A stretch of DNA of 63,917 nucleotides, the filler included, from Craspedostauros australis (taxonomy: Eukaryota): NCBI GenBank assembly GCA_030167865.1. It is 10 parts of 10 records of this genome, joined end to end, with 100 filler letters (N's around TTAATTAATTAA, not from the genome) between each part and the next. Parts side by side here need not be neighbours in the genome. Positions count along the whole stretch, not along the records: positions 1 to 15,258 come from JALAGF010005636.1; positions 15,359 to 26,387 come from JALAGF010005637.1; 8 more parts are not named here. One strand, 5' to 3'. Each line of letters begins with the position of its first letter. Position 1 is the first letter of the stretch. The position numbers and the translations under genes are program-made. The notes below the pieces were generated by a model. The model was not told the DNA's origin, searched no databases, and worked only from the letters and a program-made list of their open reading frames with translations. This document shows, one piece after another, positions 12,186-24,956 of the stretch.

Positions 12186-14111
12186 TCACTCTTTCGTCTT
12201 GAACATCTTGAGCTTGTCTTGAACTGATGCCAAGTGACGCACGATTCCCGGTGTACACATATTGGTGCAGCCGAAGCGTCTCATGTCGGTGCACAAGATC
12301 GCAGGGTCGGTCAAGTAGTACTTGCCATTGGCCTTGACACCTTGAAGATCCGCCACAATCAAGTACTCCTTGGAGAAGACGTACGAGAACTCCACGAAGC
12401 GAAGGAGCGACTCATCGATGTGATCGGGATGCCAGGCTCCCGTGTTGCTGCAGTACTTGGTGAATGGCGTTCCGGTGGTTGGCAGCACGTCTTCGCCGCA
12501 GTAGAAACGGTTTCCGGCTGCTTCATTTCTGTCGCTGACCTCCTCCACCACGCATGCCTGCAGAACCCTGATCATGGCACAGTGCGAAGGACGGTAGGCT
12601 GACTTGTTGTATTCGTTGGCAAGGAAGCACGCGATGGATGATANCTCCATCTGTTGGAAGTATTGTTGTCTATCGTTGATTCTTGGCCCATGGTGCTTGT
12701 TGGTCTTGAGCACCATGGCGCTCTTGTCGAGGTTGAGTTCGGAATTGTGACGCGCCAGCCTTGCATGAAATGCAATGCGGCATGACCCCTCAGCAAACGG
12801 TGATCTTGCCAGTTGGAGCCAGAACTTGAGGTTGACGCGTTTCGCGAAAGAGAACCAAGAAGTGTAGGTCTCGGCCAACTTGTTGACCGAGAGAGGCGTT
12901 CGTAAAGACTGGACGGAGATGTTGCGGGTGTTGCAATACATGTTGACAGGCACCGTTCCTTTCCATCCAAATTGCGTTGGGAAATCTTTGGAGATTGTGT
13001 ATGGTTTCATCTTGGCCTTCTTCATCTTGCCTCCGTCTGCTTCGTACTCCACTGACTTGCCCTGAGAGTCGATCAACGACACCGAGTTGAAGACAGAGTG
13101 GCGGACGCTCTTGATCACGACTTTCTCAACCATTTCGGGAGAAGAGAAGTCCACAACTTCGAGATCAATGTTGTGGACGGACGCAAACCGCTCAATCATC
13201 TTGTCCGTTTTNNTGGTGATGCGACCAAAGAAGACGTTCATGGTTCCACCCGATGGATTGGTCCTGAGTTTGGACAGCTCCGAGACGATGTTGATGCCTG
13301 GAGTGCCGGTCGGGTAGTTGTCGCCAGACTTACTGTAATCATGGAATTCGGTTCCATGACATGCTTGATCGCCAACGATGAAGGCGACTCTGGTGGGGTG
13401 CATCCAGGAGAGCTCATTGGCCTTTTGGATGCCAACCGCCATGTCTTCTGCAGCGTCTTTGTTGAAAATGGGCTTAACTCCCTCCAGGAAGCGTTCGAAG
13501 ACACTGACTTCATCCACGAAATCAAGTACTTGATATCGATCAGATCCAAGGTCAATATCTCGGTAGGCCACGAACCCCAACCGTAGATCCTTCCCCTTTC
13601 CATCAGCCTTGATCTTCTCGACAATCTTGCGGATGGTCTGCTTGGCACCGTCGATGTATGGCCCCATTGAACCAGTAGCGTCCATGATGAACACGAGATC
13701 AATTTCGTTCTCCACAGCGTCGAGTTTGCCCAGCACGTCCTTGATATTGGATTCCCTCATGCGACGCTTCAGTCGGCATTGATGCAACTTTGCGGCAAGT
13801 TCCTCGCGGGATTTGGTGGCATTGTCGAGTTCTTCACCGAAATTGCTGATCGCAGTGTTGCATGGAGAAAGTAGTTCGGAAGGTAGGGTTTCGGCTGTGT
13901 CCAACTTACATTTCTCCACCATGTCTTGGGCTGCCTTGATGCTTTCGTCGAGTTGCACTCTTACTTTGGCCTCCTTCTTCTCCGCATCGCTGATCTGTTG
14001 TTGGATATCCTCCTCATCATCGCTGTCATCCTCTTCCTTCTCTTCGATCTCCTCGAGAACGGCTCTACCACCGCCGAGACTCACGAACTTTTTATTCTTT
14101 TTTGGCGGCAT
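12186..14111 (-). CDS. vWA-domain plus alpha-kinase (eEF2K/MHCK-type) protein with N-terminal coiled coil
   Basis: 641-aa ORF. vWA MIDAS-like DLVFIMDATGSMGPYI, and alpha-kinase motifs PFAEGSCRIAF, VLK, LIVADLQGV and YYLTDPAI. Confidence 0.9.
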   Translation of the reverse strand: MPPKKNKKFVSLGGGRAVLEEIEEKEEDDSDDEEDIQQQISDAEKKEAKVRVQLDESIKAAQDMVEKCKLDTAETLPSELLSPCNTAISNFGEELDNATKSREELAAKLHQCRLKRRMRESNIKDVLGKLDAVENEIDLVFIMDATGSMGPYIDGAKQTIRKIVEKIKADGKGKDLRLGFVAYRDIDLGSDRYQVLDFVDEVSVFERFLEGVKPIFNKDAAEDMAVGIQKANELSWMHPTRVAFIVGDQACHGTEFHDYSKSGDNYPTGTPGINIVSELSKLRTNPSGGTMNVFFGRITXKTDKMIERFASVHNIDLEVVDFSSPEMVEKVVIKSVRHSVFNSVSLIDSQGKSVEYEADGGKMKKAKMKPYTISKDFPTQFGWKGTVPVNMYCNTRNISVQSLRTPLSVNKLAETYTSWFSFAKRVNLKFWLQLARSPFAEGSCRIAFHARLARHNSELNLDKSAMVLKTNKHHGPRINDRQQYFQQMEXSSIACFLANEYNKSAYRPSHCAMIRVLQACVVEEVSDRNEAAGNRFYCGEDVLPTTGTPFTKYCSNTGAWHPDHIDESLLRFVEFSYVFSKEYLIVADLQGVKANGKYYLTDPAILCTDMRRFGCTNMCTPGIVRHLASVQDKLKMFKTKE

Positions 14112-16849
14112 CGTACTTTCGTGTTCGAATTGTTTGTCAAGAGCTGATTGAGAATTATGTTTGCCCGATGATGTGAGCTTGTGGCTTTCCCAGCTTCACA
14201 ACTTGTTTGAGTTTGGGATTTGTGAGAGCATGGTTGGAGAATGTGTGGAGCACATGGCTGCACTCCTATTGCATTCCGGTACACCTTCAAGACATGGTCG
14301 CACGCCAATTCGAACATGCACAAGATCGCATCAGATCGCACATGCTCCGAGTTCGCCACACAGTGCTGCGTTGATGCAGAATCTTGGGGTGCGGCGAGGT
14401 TTCCAGAAGCGTTCGACGAAGTACCAGTCTCGTCACTGGGCGGGGGTCGCCCAAAGACTTCTGACAATTGCTCCACTGCTCTTCGACAGCTTCCCGACGA
14501 TGCATCAGAAGTGGAGCTCTCCAAAAGAGTCGCCTTTGCATCACGTTGTGTGGTACTCTCGAGACATGGTCGCACCCAGGAGTTTGGACACGCAGAAGGT
14601 CGCAGCAGATGTCATCCAGCTCGAGCGTGTCCTCGTAATGCTGTGTTGAGTTGTCACAGAATCTTGGGTGACTCGCGGCTTCCAGAAACACCCGATGAAG
14701 TTCCGTCGTCGTGAACTTGGTACGTTGCGCTTGCGTGGGTTGAAGTACTCTCCGTGGATATCTTGGAATCGGACTGATGGTGTTCGATTCTGTTCGATGC
14801 TTCGGTGCCACAGATCGGAAGTGACGATCTCTGGCAGTCGTTGACACCAAGACGAAGAAGTAATTCCCAATGAGGGTGCGACCTCCTTCGCCACCATCGA
14901 CACTGAAATGCAGGAGCCATGAGACGGAACTCTTTTGGTCGCTCCCATCTGCGTGTGATCGAAAAGTGAGAACACCTGTGAACTCCCATTTTCGAAGATG
15001 TCATGGATGCCAGACCTTTGATCGCATGCTTGAGTCGGTGCCCCAATCAACCCTGAATCCCACTGCAGGCATTGGTGTTTGCACAAGCGGAGATACGAGG
15101 AGACCTCAGAGCGGTTATCTCAATCCAGGTTGGCGGTTGCTGGGCACCATGCGAGGAGTTGGGGTATGCCTGGATGTGATATTGGTTCCAGATGTCAGCA
15201 CTGTGAGACCGGCGTGTGCAGTGGTGATATCGTGGGCTCTGGTTTGGAGGTAAATTGGNNNNNNNNNNNNNNNNNNNNNNNNNNNNNNNNNNNNNNNNNN
15301 NNTTAATTAATTAANNNNNNNNNNNNNNNNNNNNNNNNNNNNNNNNNNNNNNNNNNNNCAGGCAATGCCATCACCAACAGCAGCAACAGTAGGAGCCGAA
15401 AGCACCAGAATCGGAATGACATCGCCAACAGCAATGCTGGAATCCACTGCAACGGTCCCTGAAGATGATACAAGAGCAGGGGAGGCAGCGGAAGGAAGTT
15501 TTGAAGAAGCCCTGGAGGTTGAAGTAGCATCGACAACATCAACACCATCAACAGAAGGAGGGATGGAAGAACACAACCCTCAACATGACGATGCCAATGA
15601 GGAGAATGAGCAAGGGGAGGCAACTGCTACTGGGATGAGGACTCGAGGGAGGTCAGCACGACAGCGCCGTGGTAATGCAAGTTGACTGCCTTCAGTATGG
15701 CGAACGAAAGTTGTAGATGTAGAAGAGAATGGCATAAATAGTGGAGTCAGAATGTGCAACTTTTGCTTGTTGTAACTAGATGAATCCTGCTGGTGGAAAT
15801 GCAACAAGTCAAGTGGCGATAGAGTTCGAACAACATCCGCAACCCCCATTCGAAGAGAGGGTAACATGCTGGCTCTGTGGCTGTCGAATGTGTGGAATTT
15901 CATGGAGGGGTGGAGGATCCGCAGACCAGAATGACAAAATCCAAAAAAAGACAAAATGCAGTACATGCACAACACAAGAATAAGCAGAAAAGCCACAAGT
16001 CCCTTTCGAAAATACGTAAGAATTTTTCACCATTTGGTTGCCCGCATCCATTTTTTTCTTTCGTTTTCCTTCGTCGTAATTCGCAAAAAACGACGTTTTC
16101 CCTTCCCCCCCCCAAGACCAAATGAAGTACAACACGGTGTATTGCGAGGACCCAAATCGAATGAGGATGATGATCACGACGAATTACACGGGAGATGCTG
16201 CTGACCCTGCAACTTGCATTCTGAAAGAACAACATCTCGTCATCATCTCATAATCCGCGAGTTCAATCAACTCAACAACGCAAACCAACTAAATCGACAA
16301 CTAACGATTACCAATTTACCTCCAAACCAGAGCCCACGATCTCACCACTGCACACGCCGGTCTCACAGTGCTGACATCTGGAACCAATATCACACGTCGA
16401 CGTTGACACGCCCACAGCACTCAATACTCAACCATCAGAACCAGCCACGCCTTCGCTAGACCCTACAGTCCCCGTATTGGTTATTGGGTTGGCCGAGGAG
16501 TCCTCGTGGAGCAGCGGAGAAAGCGCACACACACATACACACTGATTCATCGCAGGTAGCGAACAGGGCTGCTGCCACTACAACTGCCGCTGCACAACAC
16601 GATAGCATACAGCAGCACACGATCTGAAGAGATTCGAAGTCAACCGAAGAAATCAAAGCTGAACGGAACCTGACTGGAGTCCTCACGAAGGCAGAACAAG
16701 ACAAGGTGAGCAGAATCAAACATTGTCGTCGCTGTTGATAGCATCAACACTCACAACAACACTCTCACCAACACCAGAACTCCACGGTTTCTTGTTGCTG
16801 TCGCCCTTTCGCCTCCAATCACTTCCGCCGAACGACTGTCAACAGCAAG

Positions 16850-19800
16850 ATGAGCGACATTCCTCCACCGACTGAAGCTGATCAGGACACACTTAAAGCT
16901 CTCGACCCAATCTTCAACAATGCATCTTTCTGGGCCAACGACTCGAGCGAAGTACCCGAAGAATTGAAGCAACATCTGAAGGCAAAGGTCGAAAAACATC
17001 TGCAAGAGGCAGGCAAGTCTTATGATGCTATTGATGTCGCCAACCACGTTGACTTGCTGATTTTGAGAGAGAAACAATGCAAGACGCGCATTCTCAACAT
17101 GGTCCGTAAGGGCGGTGGTGTGCAAGCATTGATGGAAATGCTCTCTGTTGACGCTGACGCTGCGAATGCGGGAACAGATGGCGCGAAACCGGAGTAAACC
17201 ACTGACGTCATCCGACGGTGCAACACAACAGCAGGAAGCCACCACCAACACCAGGCCAGCAAACAAAACAAACATGACAACAGACCAACCGACCACAACA
17301 TCCGGTCATAATTCCAGTTTAATATATCTAATTACCACCCCAACAACGATCGCACCGCACTTCATCTGGATTGTCCTTCGGTTCACTGCCGAGTAGCGGC
17401 CGATGGCAGAGCAGTTGCTCTAACACTCTCATCCTTCAAACGTAATCCTGTGATCTTGACCGAACAATGGCTCTCGGCTTGGCTTCGTGTCAAGAATGCA
17501 ATTCCCAAGTGCATCCTCGATGCTGTGCGGCAATCCAATAACGATCACAAACTCGCCGATCCTACTCACCCACGCCGATCAGTTCTCAACCCGTTGAAGG
17601 AGATCCGCGGTAACGACCCCAATGGCTTTCGTGGTCTGAAGTACACCTCGAACATCAACAGCCAAAATGAAACTCGATACGCAAATTACATCGGCGGCCC
17701 CGACTTTCGACATGGAGGAAATCGCGGTATGATCCCCAAACAAGTCTTCATCAAAGCGCCCACACCAACAGGCACCCACAAGGACGAGCGGGTCCATGTG
17801 TACCACGAAGAGAGTGGTAGCGGCAAGACCGTGCAGCTTGCGGCGAGCGCATACACCAGAGACGCTCTGTTCACTATCTTGCTCGACACTGTCGATGTAC
17901 AACTTCTCCCTTCATCGAATGCTGATGATGATGCAGTCAAGAGAGACCGAATGGACAAATCCTGGGCGAAGCTCACAGGTGAAGTCAGATCGATCCTCAC
18001 TCGAGACAAAAAAGTCTCGACAGACTTGTCAACTTCCTGAAAGTGTTGGATGGGAAGATGCAAAAGAAGACCACACTGTTCATCGTTGTTGGGATTGACG
18101 AAGCAAGCAAGTCCCCAAACTTCGTCCGGGCCATCATCGACAGTCACGACGACTTTGAAACGGTGCTGGGGAAGTTCATCCAGTACAGATGCACTAAAGA
18201 GTTGACGGAGGAAGACACCCCCCTCCACCAGGAGCACCACAAGGCGCTTCGAATGCAAGCAAACAGAGCCTGTCCTTTCAGGAGTCCAACAACAAGCTGA
18301 CACAACTGGGCTGAAGCGGACACCCCTGTTTTCTCAACCACATTGACATCAAAGTTCTATTCTCTGTGGCAGGCACCGGTGTCGGCCAAGCACCGGCGGG
18401 ATCAATCGCCGAGAACTTCACTCACCTCGATATTTCTGCAAAGCTGAATCCCGCAGACGTCTACCACATTCTTCGCAGCGAATACGTGAAAGACGACACG
18501 AATACCATCATACCAGAGTACAAAGAGCTTAAGCAGTTCCCTCTTCTCAAGGCCATCGTTGATTCCAACGCCCGGATGATCTCGATCTACATGCGAGTGT
18601 CAGACAAGCAACAAGCGTTCAACCAAGACAACAGAAAGAAATCAAGTGAGAATGAATACGAGCAGAATGTCATCCTTTCCCGCACCTTCACCATCTTCAT
18701 GCAAAGCAATGGCATGAGTACTCTGGTGGACGATCCGTACCTTGCGCGGCTCGCAGCATCCCAGGCTTTGGCAGTTCTTCTTTTCCAACAGAATGAACCT
18801 TTCAGTGAAGAGCTCAGCCTTGATCAACTGAGCAACATGGACTACGGGATCACCTTCCAACGCTTCAAGGGGGACGCGGGCGATGCCATCATGCATCGGT
18901 TGGTCGTCACGTATGGCTTAGTCACTGCAAGGCCACTCAGAGATTATGGTAGCTTCGAGCCGCAGGCAAGTCCATTCGCGCTCAGCGATGCCATGCAGCT
19001 CCTTTGCCTTTGGCTCATTCAAGGCGGTGAAGCAATTGCGGCTGAGAAATCGTTTCTCGGAACAACCTCGACCAGCTTTGAAACCCTCACTGCGCTGCTG
19101 GCCGGGGCCGCCATCGCTGCGTCCTCCGTCGCGAAGAAAGATGATGATGGGCGTGTCGTTGCTGCTCCCGTCAATGGTTCCAATGCTGGCACGATTCAGC
19201 AGCAGGAAGCAGACATCTTTGCTGCTCTGAACAAGGTCGGGATGAGAATCAAACCACACCCAGATAGCATCCAGCCAACCCACTACAGATGCAAAACGAC
19301 CAGGGGAGAGAAATGTGTGGAAAGAAGCGCCGGCGATCTCTTTTGGACTCTCAAGGGTACTCGCCCGGCCCTGGTTCCAGAAGATCTCGGAATTTCTCGG
19401 GTGTACTTCCACAAGTCAATGATGACTTGCGTCAAGACCGAAGCGGACAAGCAGCGCATCAAGACTGCTACTGGTACACAACTCCAGCCAATCATCGTCG
19501 CCGCTCATGAACAATGCAAAGCAAGCATCAACGCTGCTGTTGCACAACTCACGAAAGCCATCGACACTGCTGTTGCACTACGCGCGAACCCCATCGACGA
19601 TGCTGTTTGTGCGCAACTCACGAACGCCGCCAACGCTGTTTTTGATCCACAAGTCACGACGCCCATCGACGATGCTCCTGCACAAGGCGTGAACGACACC
19701 AAAGCTGCTGCTGCTGCGCAACTCTCGGCAGCCATCAAGGCTGCTACAGCACAAGGCGTGAACAACGCCAAAGCTGCTGATGATGTTGGTTCATAATCCA

Positions 19801-20725
19801 TGGAAGCCATCAAGGCTGCTGTTGTACAACGCGCGAACGACACCAACGCTGTTACTGAAAACGTCTTTGGTGCCATATTCCGCAACATGTATGCAATGTT
19901 CATGCAGGAAGGCAGATGCGCAGATTATGTTGCGCAGAGGGGAAGCGATCCAGCGGAAATCACAAAGTGGTTGGAATCCTATCATCCAATTTTCGTCTAT
20001 CGCGACCTTGTCAACAAACTCATAAAGCTCTGGAACGCCGTGGTACCATCCAACGCCGGGCAAGACAACGATCAGGAAGACGCCACGGCGGCCAACTCAC
20101 CAATAACACTGCCGCGGTGAGAATCGACGACTCCACCAATACATCTCACAAAGCACCCAACGAAGCCACGAAACCGGCTGCCGCCGCCGCTCCCGCCAAC
20201 GCATCTCACAGCACAACCACAGACGTCGTGAAATATATCTTCAACCTGCCACTCATCCACGTTGCAGAAGGTAGCAGTGAGTTCGCAGATGCCTACGTCA
20301 CCTTCCTTACGGAGGGGACGGACGTCAAGACAGGTAAGAAGATCTACAGATTGCGAACAATCTGTATCCAAGCCAAAGATTACTCTGAGGATACAAGCCC
20401 AAACATGGACACGTATATCAGCAACGCCTCTGCAGTGGCGTACTCCGGACTGGACCCTCTCTTTGGCAAAGGCCGGATCTACACTGCTGCAGGTACGCGA
20501 AGCGCAGTTGCTTGGAACTACGGCAAACATTTTCCATACGTTCCCTTCGTGGTGGATGATTCCATCATCCTGAAGAATCAGATGGAAGCAATGAGTAAGT
20601 GCCGTAGTAAAACCGCAAAACATGGCGCGCATGCTGTGCTCTGCATGGCATCAAGAAGAAACAAGCGCGCAATCGACAACTCTACATCAATCGCCTCAAG
20701 ACAGAGCAAGAAGGCCAAGTCGTAG
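16850..20725 (+). pseudogene. Disrupted P-loop NTPase plus C-terminal PD-(D/E)XK-like nuclease (Crinkler/RHS-type architecture)
   Basis: Walker A-like HEESGSGKT, Walker B IVVGIDE, downstream AGTG, and C-terminal FADAYV...ICIQAKDYS. Spread over six same-strand ORFs separated by stops and frameshifts. Confidence 0.6.
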
Positions 20726-21321
20726 CCTGAATGATCTCCATAGATGACATCAACGACGACGGAATTGCGGGTCTTGCGCCGCGAAGCAACAACCAGGCAG
20801 CCTGACCAAGATGCCAAATGCCGCACGCCTCACGAAGGCGTCGTTCATCGCCGACGCCAGCCAAAGGAGCACGCCGAAAAGGGGTTCGGTGTTTCCAATC
20901 CACGCATACATCCATCCATCCGTGCATACGTGCATCCTTCAGGACATCTGGTGGTTCTGATGAGTTGCGCAACGATGCTCATGTTGGTACCATTGCATGG
21001 CCCTTCGGAAAGAAAGGCTGCGTTGCAGTCTTACCAATAGTACACATAAAGTTAATCACTCGTACCAAATACACTAATACATGCGTCACTACAAGACAAG
21101 TGCGGCCGCGAATGCTGCGCCTGCATGTTGCGACGCTGCGCATACCATACTACTATGGTCTTCATGTTGACGCATTGCGCCCGGTGTGCGGCACAGTTCC
21201 ATCATCAGTATCAACGTCATTCAAACATCCATACATGGTGCGCAATACGATGGTATCAACGTACGAGTAAGCGCAACGCAGGGCTCTTCTCCTCAACATG
21301 ACATGATGTTAGCGGTACAGC

Positions 21322-22088
21322 TGTCAGGAATCGGGTGTTCTGGAACACCGAATTGCCGCACCCCCCCAATCGTGGGGAGTCGAGCGACATGAAACGATAT
21401 ATTACCGCACCTCCTACTTTGGATCTTTGTGACACCGAAATTGTGAGCTGCACGTGTTTTGAGGCGATGAACGCCATGTGCCAAATGCGAACCGGACCGT
21501 GATGTTCGTGACCTCAATGCAGGAATGGGAGTCACATGCGAATGTTGCAGGGGGTGACGATGTTGGATTCGTGACCAGCATCACGATACGCGCAACTATG
21601 GTCCCATGTCGCAACGAACAAGAAAAAAGTATTCGGGATGGGCCAGCGTCACGAAGTGTGAGATGGCTTGTGAACAAGTCCCTGACAATGAACCAGTGAA
21701 TGATCGGAGAAGGATAGGAGAGGATCGGAGAAGTCAGAGGAGTGATCATCCAAGCTGTTCTTGTGAAACATGGAAACTGTGATCCAATTGAATGGAACAA
21801 GTCAGGTGATGTCTGTGATTCAGTGATGCCTATGCTAACAAAACTATTGGAGGCAAGACAATGTGATGAGTGCACAGGCATGGGCAACTTGGTAGTGCAT
21901 GCATGTCCACAATGAATTTGAGATGAAAGCAAGATGGATGTATGCTGAACCAGTAGATGCATCCATGGAGATCTCAGGAGGAGATCAAACTTTGGAAGTT
22001 GAGAGCAATGAAGAGCTCACAGTTCAGAGAAGTAGATTCTAACAAATGATTAGCTTTCTACTATCATCGCCACCCCAGATTTCCGACA
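21322..22088 (+). mobile_element. Diverged LTR family A copy
   Basis: TGTCAGGAATCGGG...CTCACAGTTC...CCCCAGATTTCCGACA. Confidence 0.7.
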
Positions 22089-23090
22089 GGGATCCAGATG
22101 ATTGAACGCTCCATCGAATGTTGTTGGTTCGATGTGTTTCTCCGATTCTTTGCTCTGGTCCTGCATCGACAATCCGATGTCGATTGCTGGTGTCTCGGCG
22201 ATGATCGCATTCATCCTGTCATCACTTGTTGCGTCGTTTGGCTTGTCAACTAGCTCGTCGCTGAGCTTGTCACTCTCCTCATTCGATGATGATTCGCTCT
22301 CATCACCTCGTTCCTTTTGACCTGGCATGTTGTAGTCTGCAAGCGTGTGCAGTGCTCTGGGGATACTCTTTCCTGTGGTTGGTTTGGGATTAGCTTCTCC
22401 CTTCCTGCCTCATGCTTTGTGACGTCGGATTCTCTCCTTTCTGGCCATGTCACACTTGCTTGGTTTGGTTGGTGGAGGTCTCGCTGGTGTACCACGCACA
22501 GACCTTGCTGGGGTGTTTGGAGGAGTGATGCCCATGTTATCGTCGGCTTCGTTGCTGGATGGTTGGATCTTGTCATCATCAGGGTCGGACTTGCTCCGTT
22601 CTCAAGCAGTTCAATTGATGCTTCCTTGTCTTCACCATTGCTGTCAGATAGGAGATGGTACTTGTTTGTGTTGGAAAAAGATACCCAATCTCCGCTCCGT
22701 TGTGCGATAAATGTCCTCCTTTGGCGCTGCTCCCTTCCATCCAATGGTTCGAAAGCTGTCTGCATCTGTCATTGTTGCATTATTGTTCTTGCTCATGATG
22801 TTCTCTGCATCATTGTTATCAAGTGTGTTTGGTGTTTGCACCCAGCCAGGGAAGTTTTGGTAGGATTGATTGAGCCATTTGATGTCACAAGAACAGATCA
22901 GTGATTGGGTGGATGGTCAGTACATGTTGTAAACTCCAGATGCATGTTGCTGTGCATATCCAATGAATATCATTTCTTCACCTCTGTTCTTGAGCTTGGC
23001 AGTGATCCTGCTGTAGGTAGTCTTCATAACACCCACTTCTCCGAACATGCACAGCACGTTGGAGTATTGTGGATTGGTGCTGACGTATAC
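22089..23090 (-). mobile_element. Deleted and decayed relic of copia family 2 (integrase-RT linker region)
   Basis: MNAIIAETPAIDIGLSMQDQSKESEKHIEPTTFDGAFNH matches the pol ORF at 57067-59633. Confidence 0.85.
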
Positions 23091-23579
23091 TGCTAACTAG
23101 CTAGAATATCTTCATCCCTCATGTTCGTATTTACTATGTTCCCGAAGATCCAATATTGACTACTTCGACCAACTTCGGGTTCGGATATCAACAAGCGCGA
23201 TCTTGTGGTGCCTTGGGTATTTGTGGGAGGTTTCTTCACTGGCCCACATCACCAAGGCAGCACTTCAAATGGCTTCACATCACGTGACATCGAAGACATG
23301 GTGTTGCATAGTTGTAGTATAGTATAATGGTGCAGATTCAATGCCTCGACTTGACTAGTCTATTCCATTAATATATTCCAAGAACTTCACATTGCGGAAT
23401 GTGCACACATTTAGCTGCGCATGCACTTGTGTCCAACTTGCAGCCATCATATGGCATCTCGCTATCACTCCTTGCAACCAGCCGGTGGCCTCTCCACCGA
23501 CTCCAAATTTGATCTTTGCCAGAGTGGCGAGCAGTGGCATCTCTAGTTGACCCACGATGGCGCGCTCCTCGGCTGACGA

Positions 23580-24499
23580 TTAAGTACTACTTGACACATC
23601 ATCTTCCTCCTTCTCTTTTCCTCCAGGATTCTCAGGATCGGCTGTCGCTGCAGCATCGGCAGCTTGGCCTGCGGCGTCTTCCTCGATCTGCGACAGGCGC
23701 ATGGAGAAGCGACGGGACAAGCGCTCCGCCATCAACGTGCGATTGTCACGAGCATTGTCATATTCCTCATGACACTGCACAGTCGAAGAAGCAACCAAAG
23801 ATCGTGGCGGAAAGGGATGGATGGTTTCAGAACAAAGACATCATGTCAGATGCGAGTACGATAGCGTGGGGAATGAATGAATGGACGGATGGCTGAACGG
23901 CTGAATGGTTGGCAACACAGATACACCATACGCGCGCATCATCATACTAGCTGCGCATACTATCTACGCAAACCACCCACGCATACCACATGAAGCACAC
24001 TGAGCCGCCCACAGAACAGGAAACACACTCACCTGACCCATGAAAGCACAGAACTCAAGGAAGTCAACATATCCACTGCCATCGGCATCCATCACTGCCC
24101 ACAAAGCTTCGAAGTCATGACGGTTCATTTCAACGGCCTTTCCAGAGCTCAAGAACTCCCACATTCCCTCCTTCGTGATGTTACCAACGGAGCTTGCACG
24201 TCGACCACTCTTGTCGGCCGTGGATTGGGCGTCGATCTTCTGGAACTCGCGGGCCAATGCAACGGCATCCATGCGTCTGGCTGGTACGCGGATGCTCATG
24301 GTCTGTGCAACACGTGCGGCGAATGCGGTGCGGTATCTCTTTGCCTGTTGTTTGTTGTAGATGTAGACTGCGATGGCGACCACGATGAGGAAGAAGAGGA
24401 CGCTGCCGATGGTGAATCCAGCGATGACTCCTGACTTGACGGGTGTGGTTGGCTCTTGGTATGGGTTTGTGGCACAGTTGGGGTCGAACTGTGTTGCCC

Positions 24500-24541
<42 letters not shown>

Positions 24542-24914
24542 GGAATGCATGGAGGGAAGGGAGAGATAGCAAATGAAAGAAGATCGAGAATGTGAGAGGG
24601 GGAGCAGCGGCAGATTTGTGAGGACAAAAAGGATCGCCGATGCCAATTGCACTATGAAAAANNNNNNNNNNNNNNNNNNNNNNNNNNNNNNNNNNNNNNN
24701 NNNNNNNNNNNCATGGTCTGTGCAACACGTGCGGCGAATGCGGTGCGGTATCTCTTTGCCTGTTGTTTGTTGTAGATGTAGACTGCGATGGCGACCACGA
24801 TGAGGAAGAAGAGGACGCTGCCGATGGTGAATCCAGCGATGACTCCTGACTTGACGGGTGTGGTTGGCTCTTGGTATGGGTTTGTGGCACAGTTGGGGTC
24901 GAACTGTGTTGCCC

Positions 24915-24956
<42 letters not shown>

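Noticed and set aside
15175..16394. 84-bp inverted pair as terminal inverted repeats of one transposon
   Set aside because: The two copies lie on different scaffolds separated by a linker, so their relative orientation is arbitrary.
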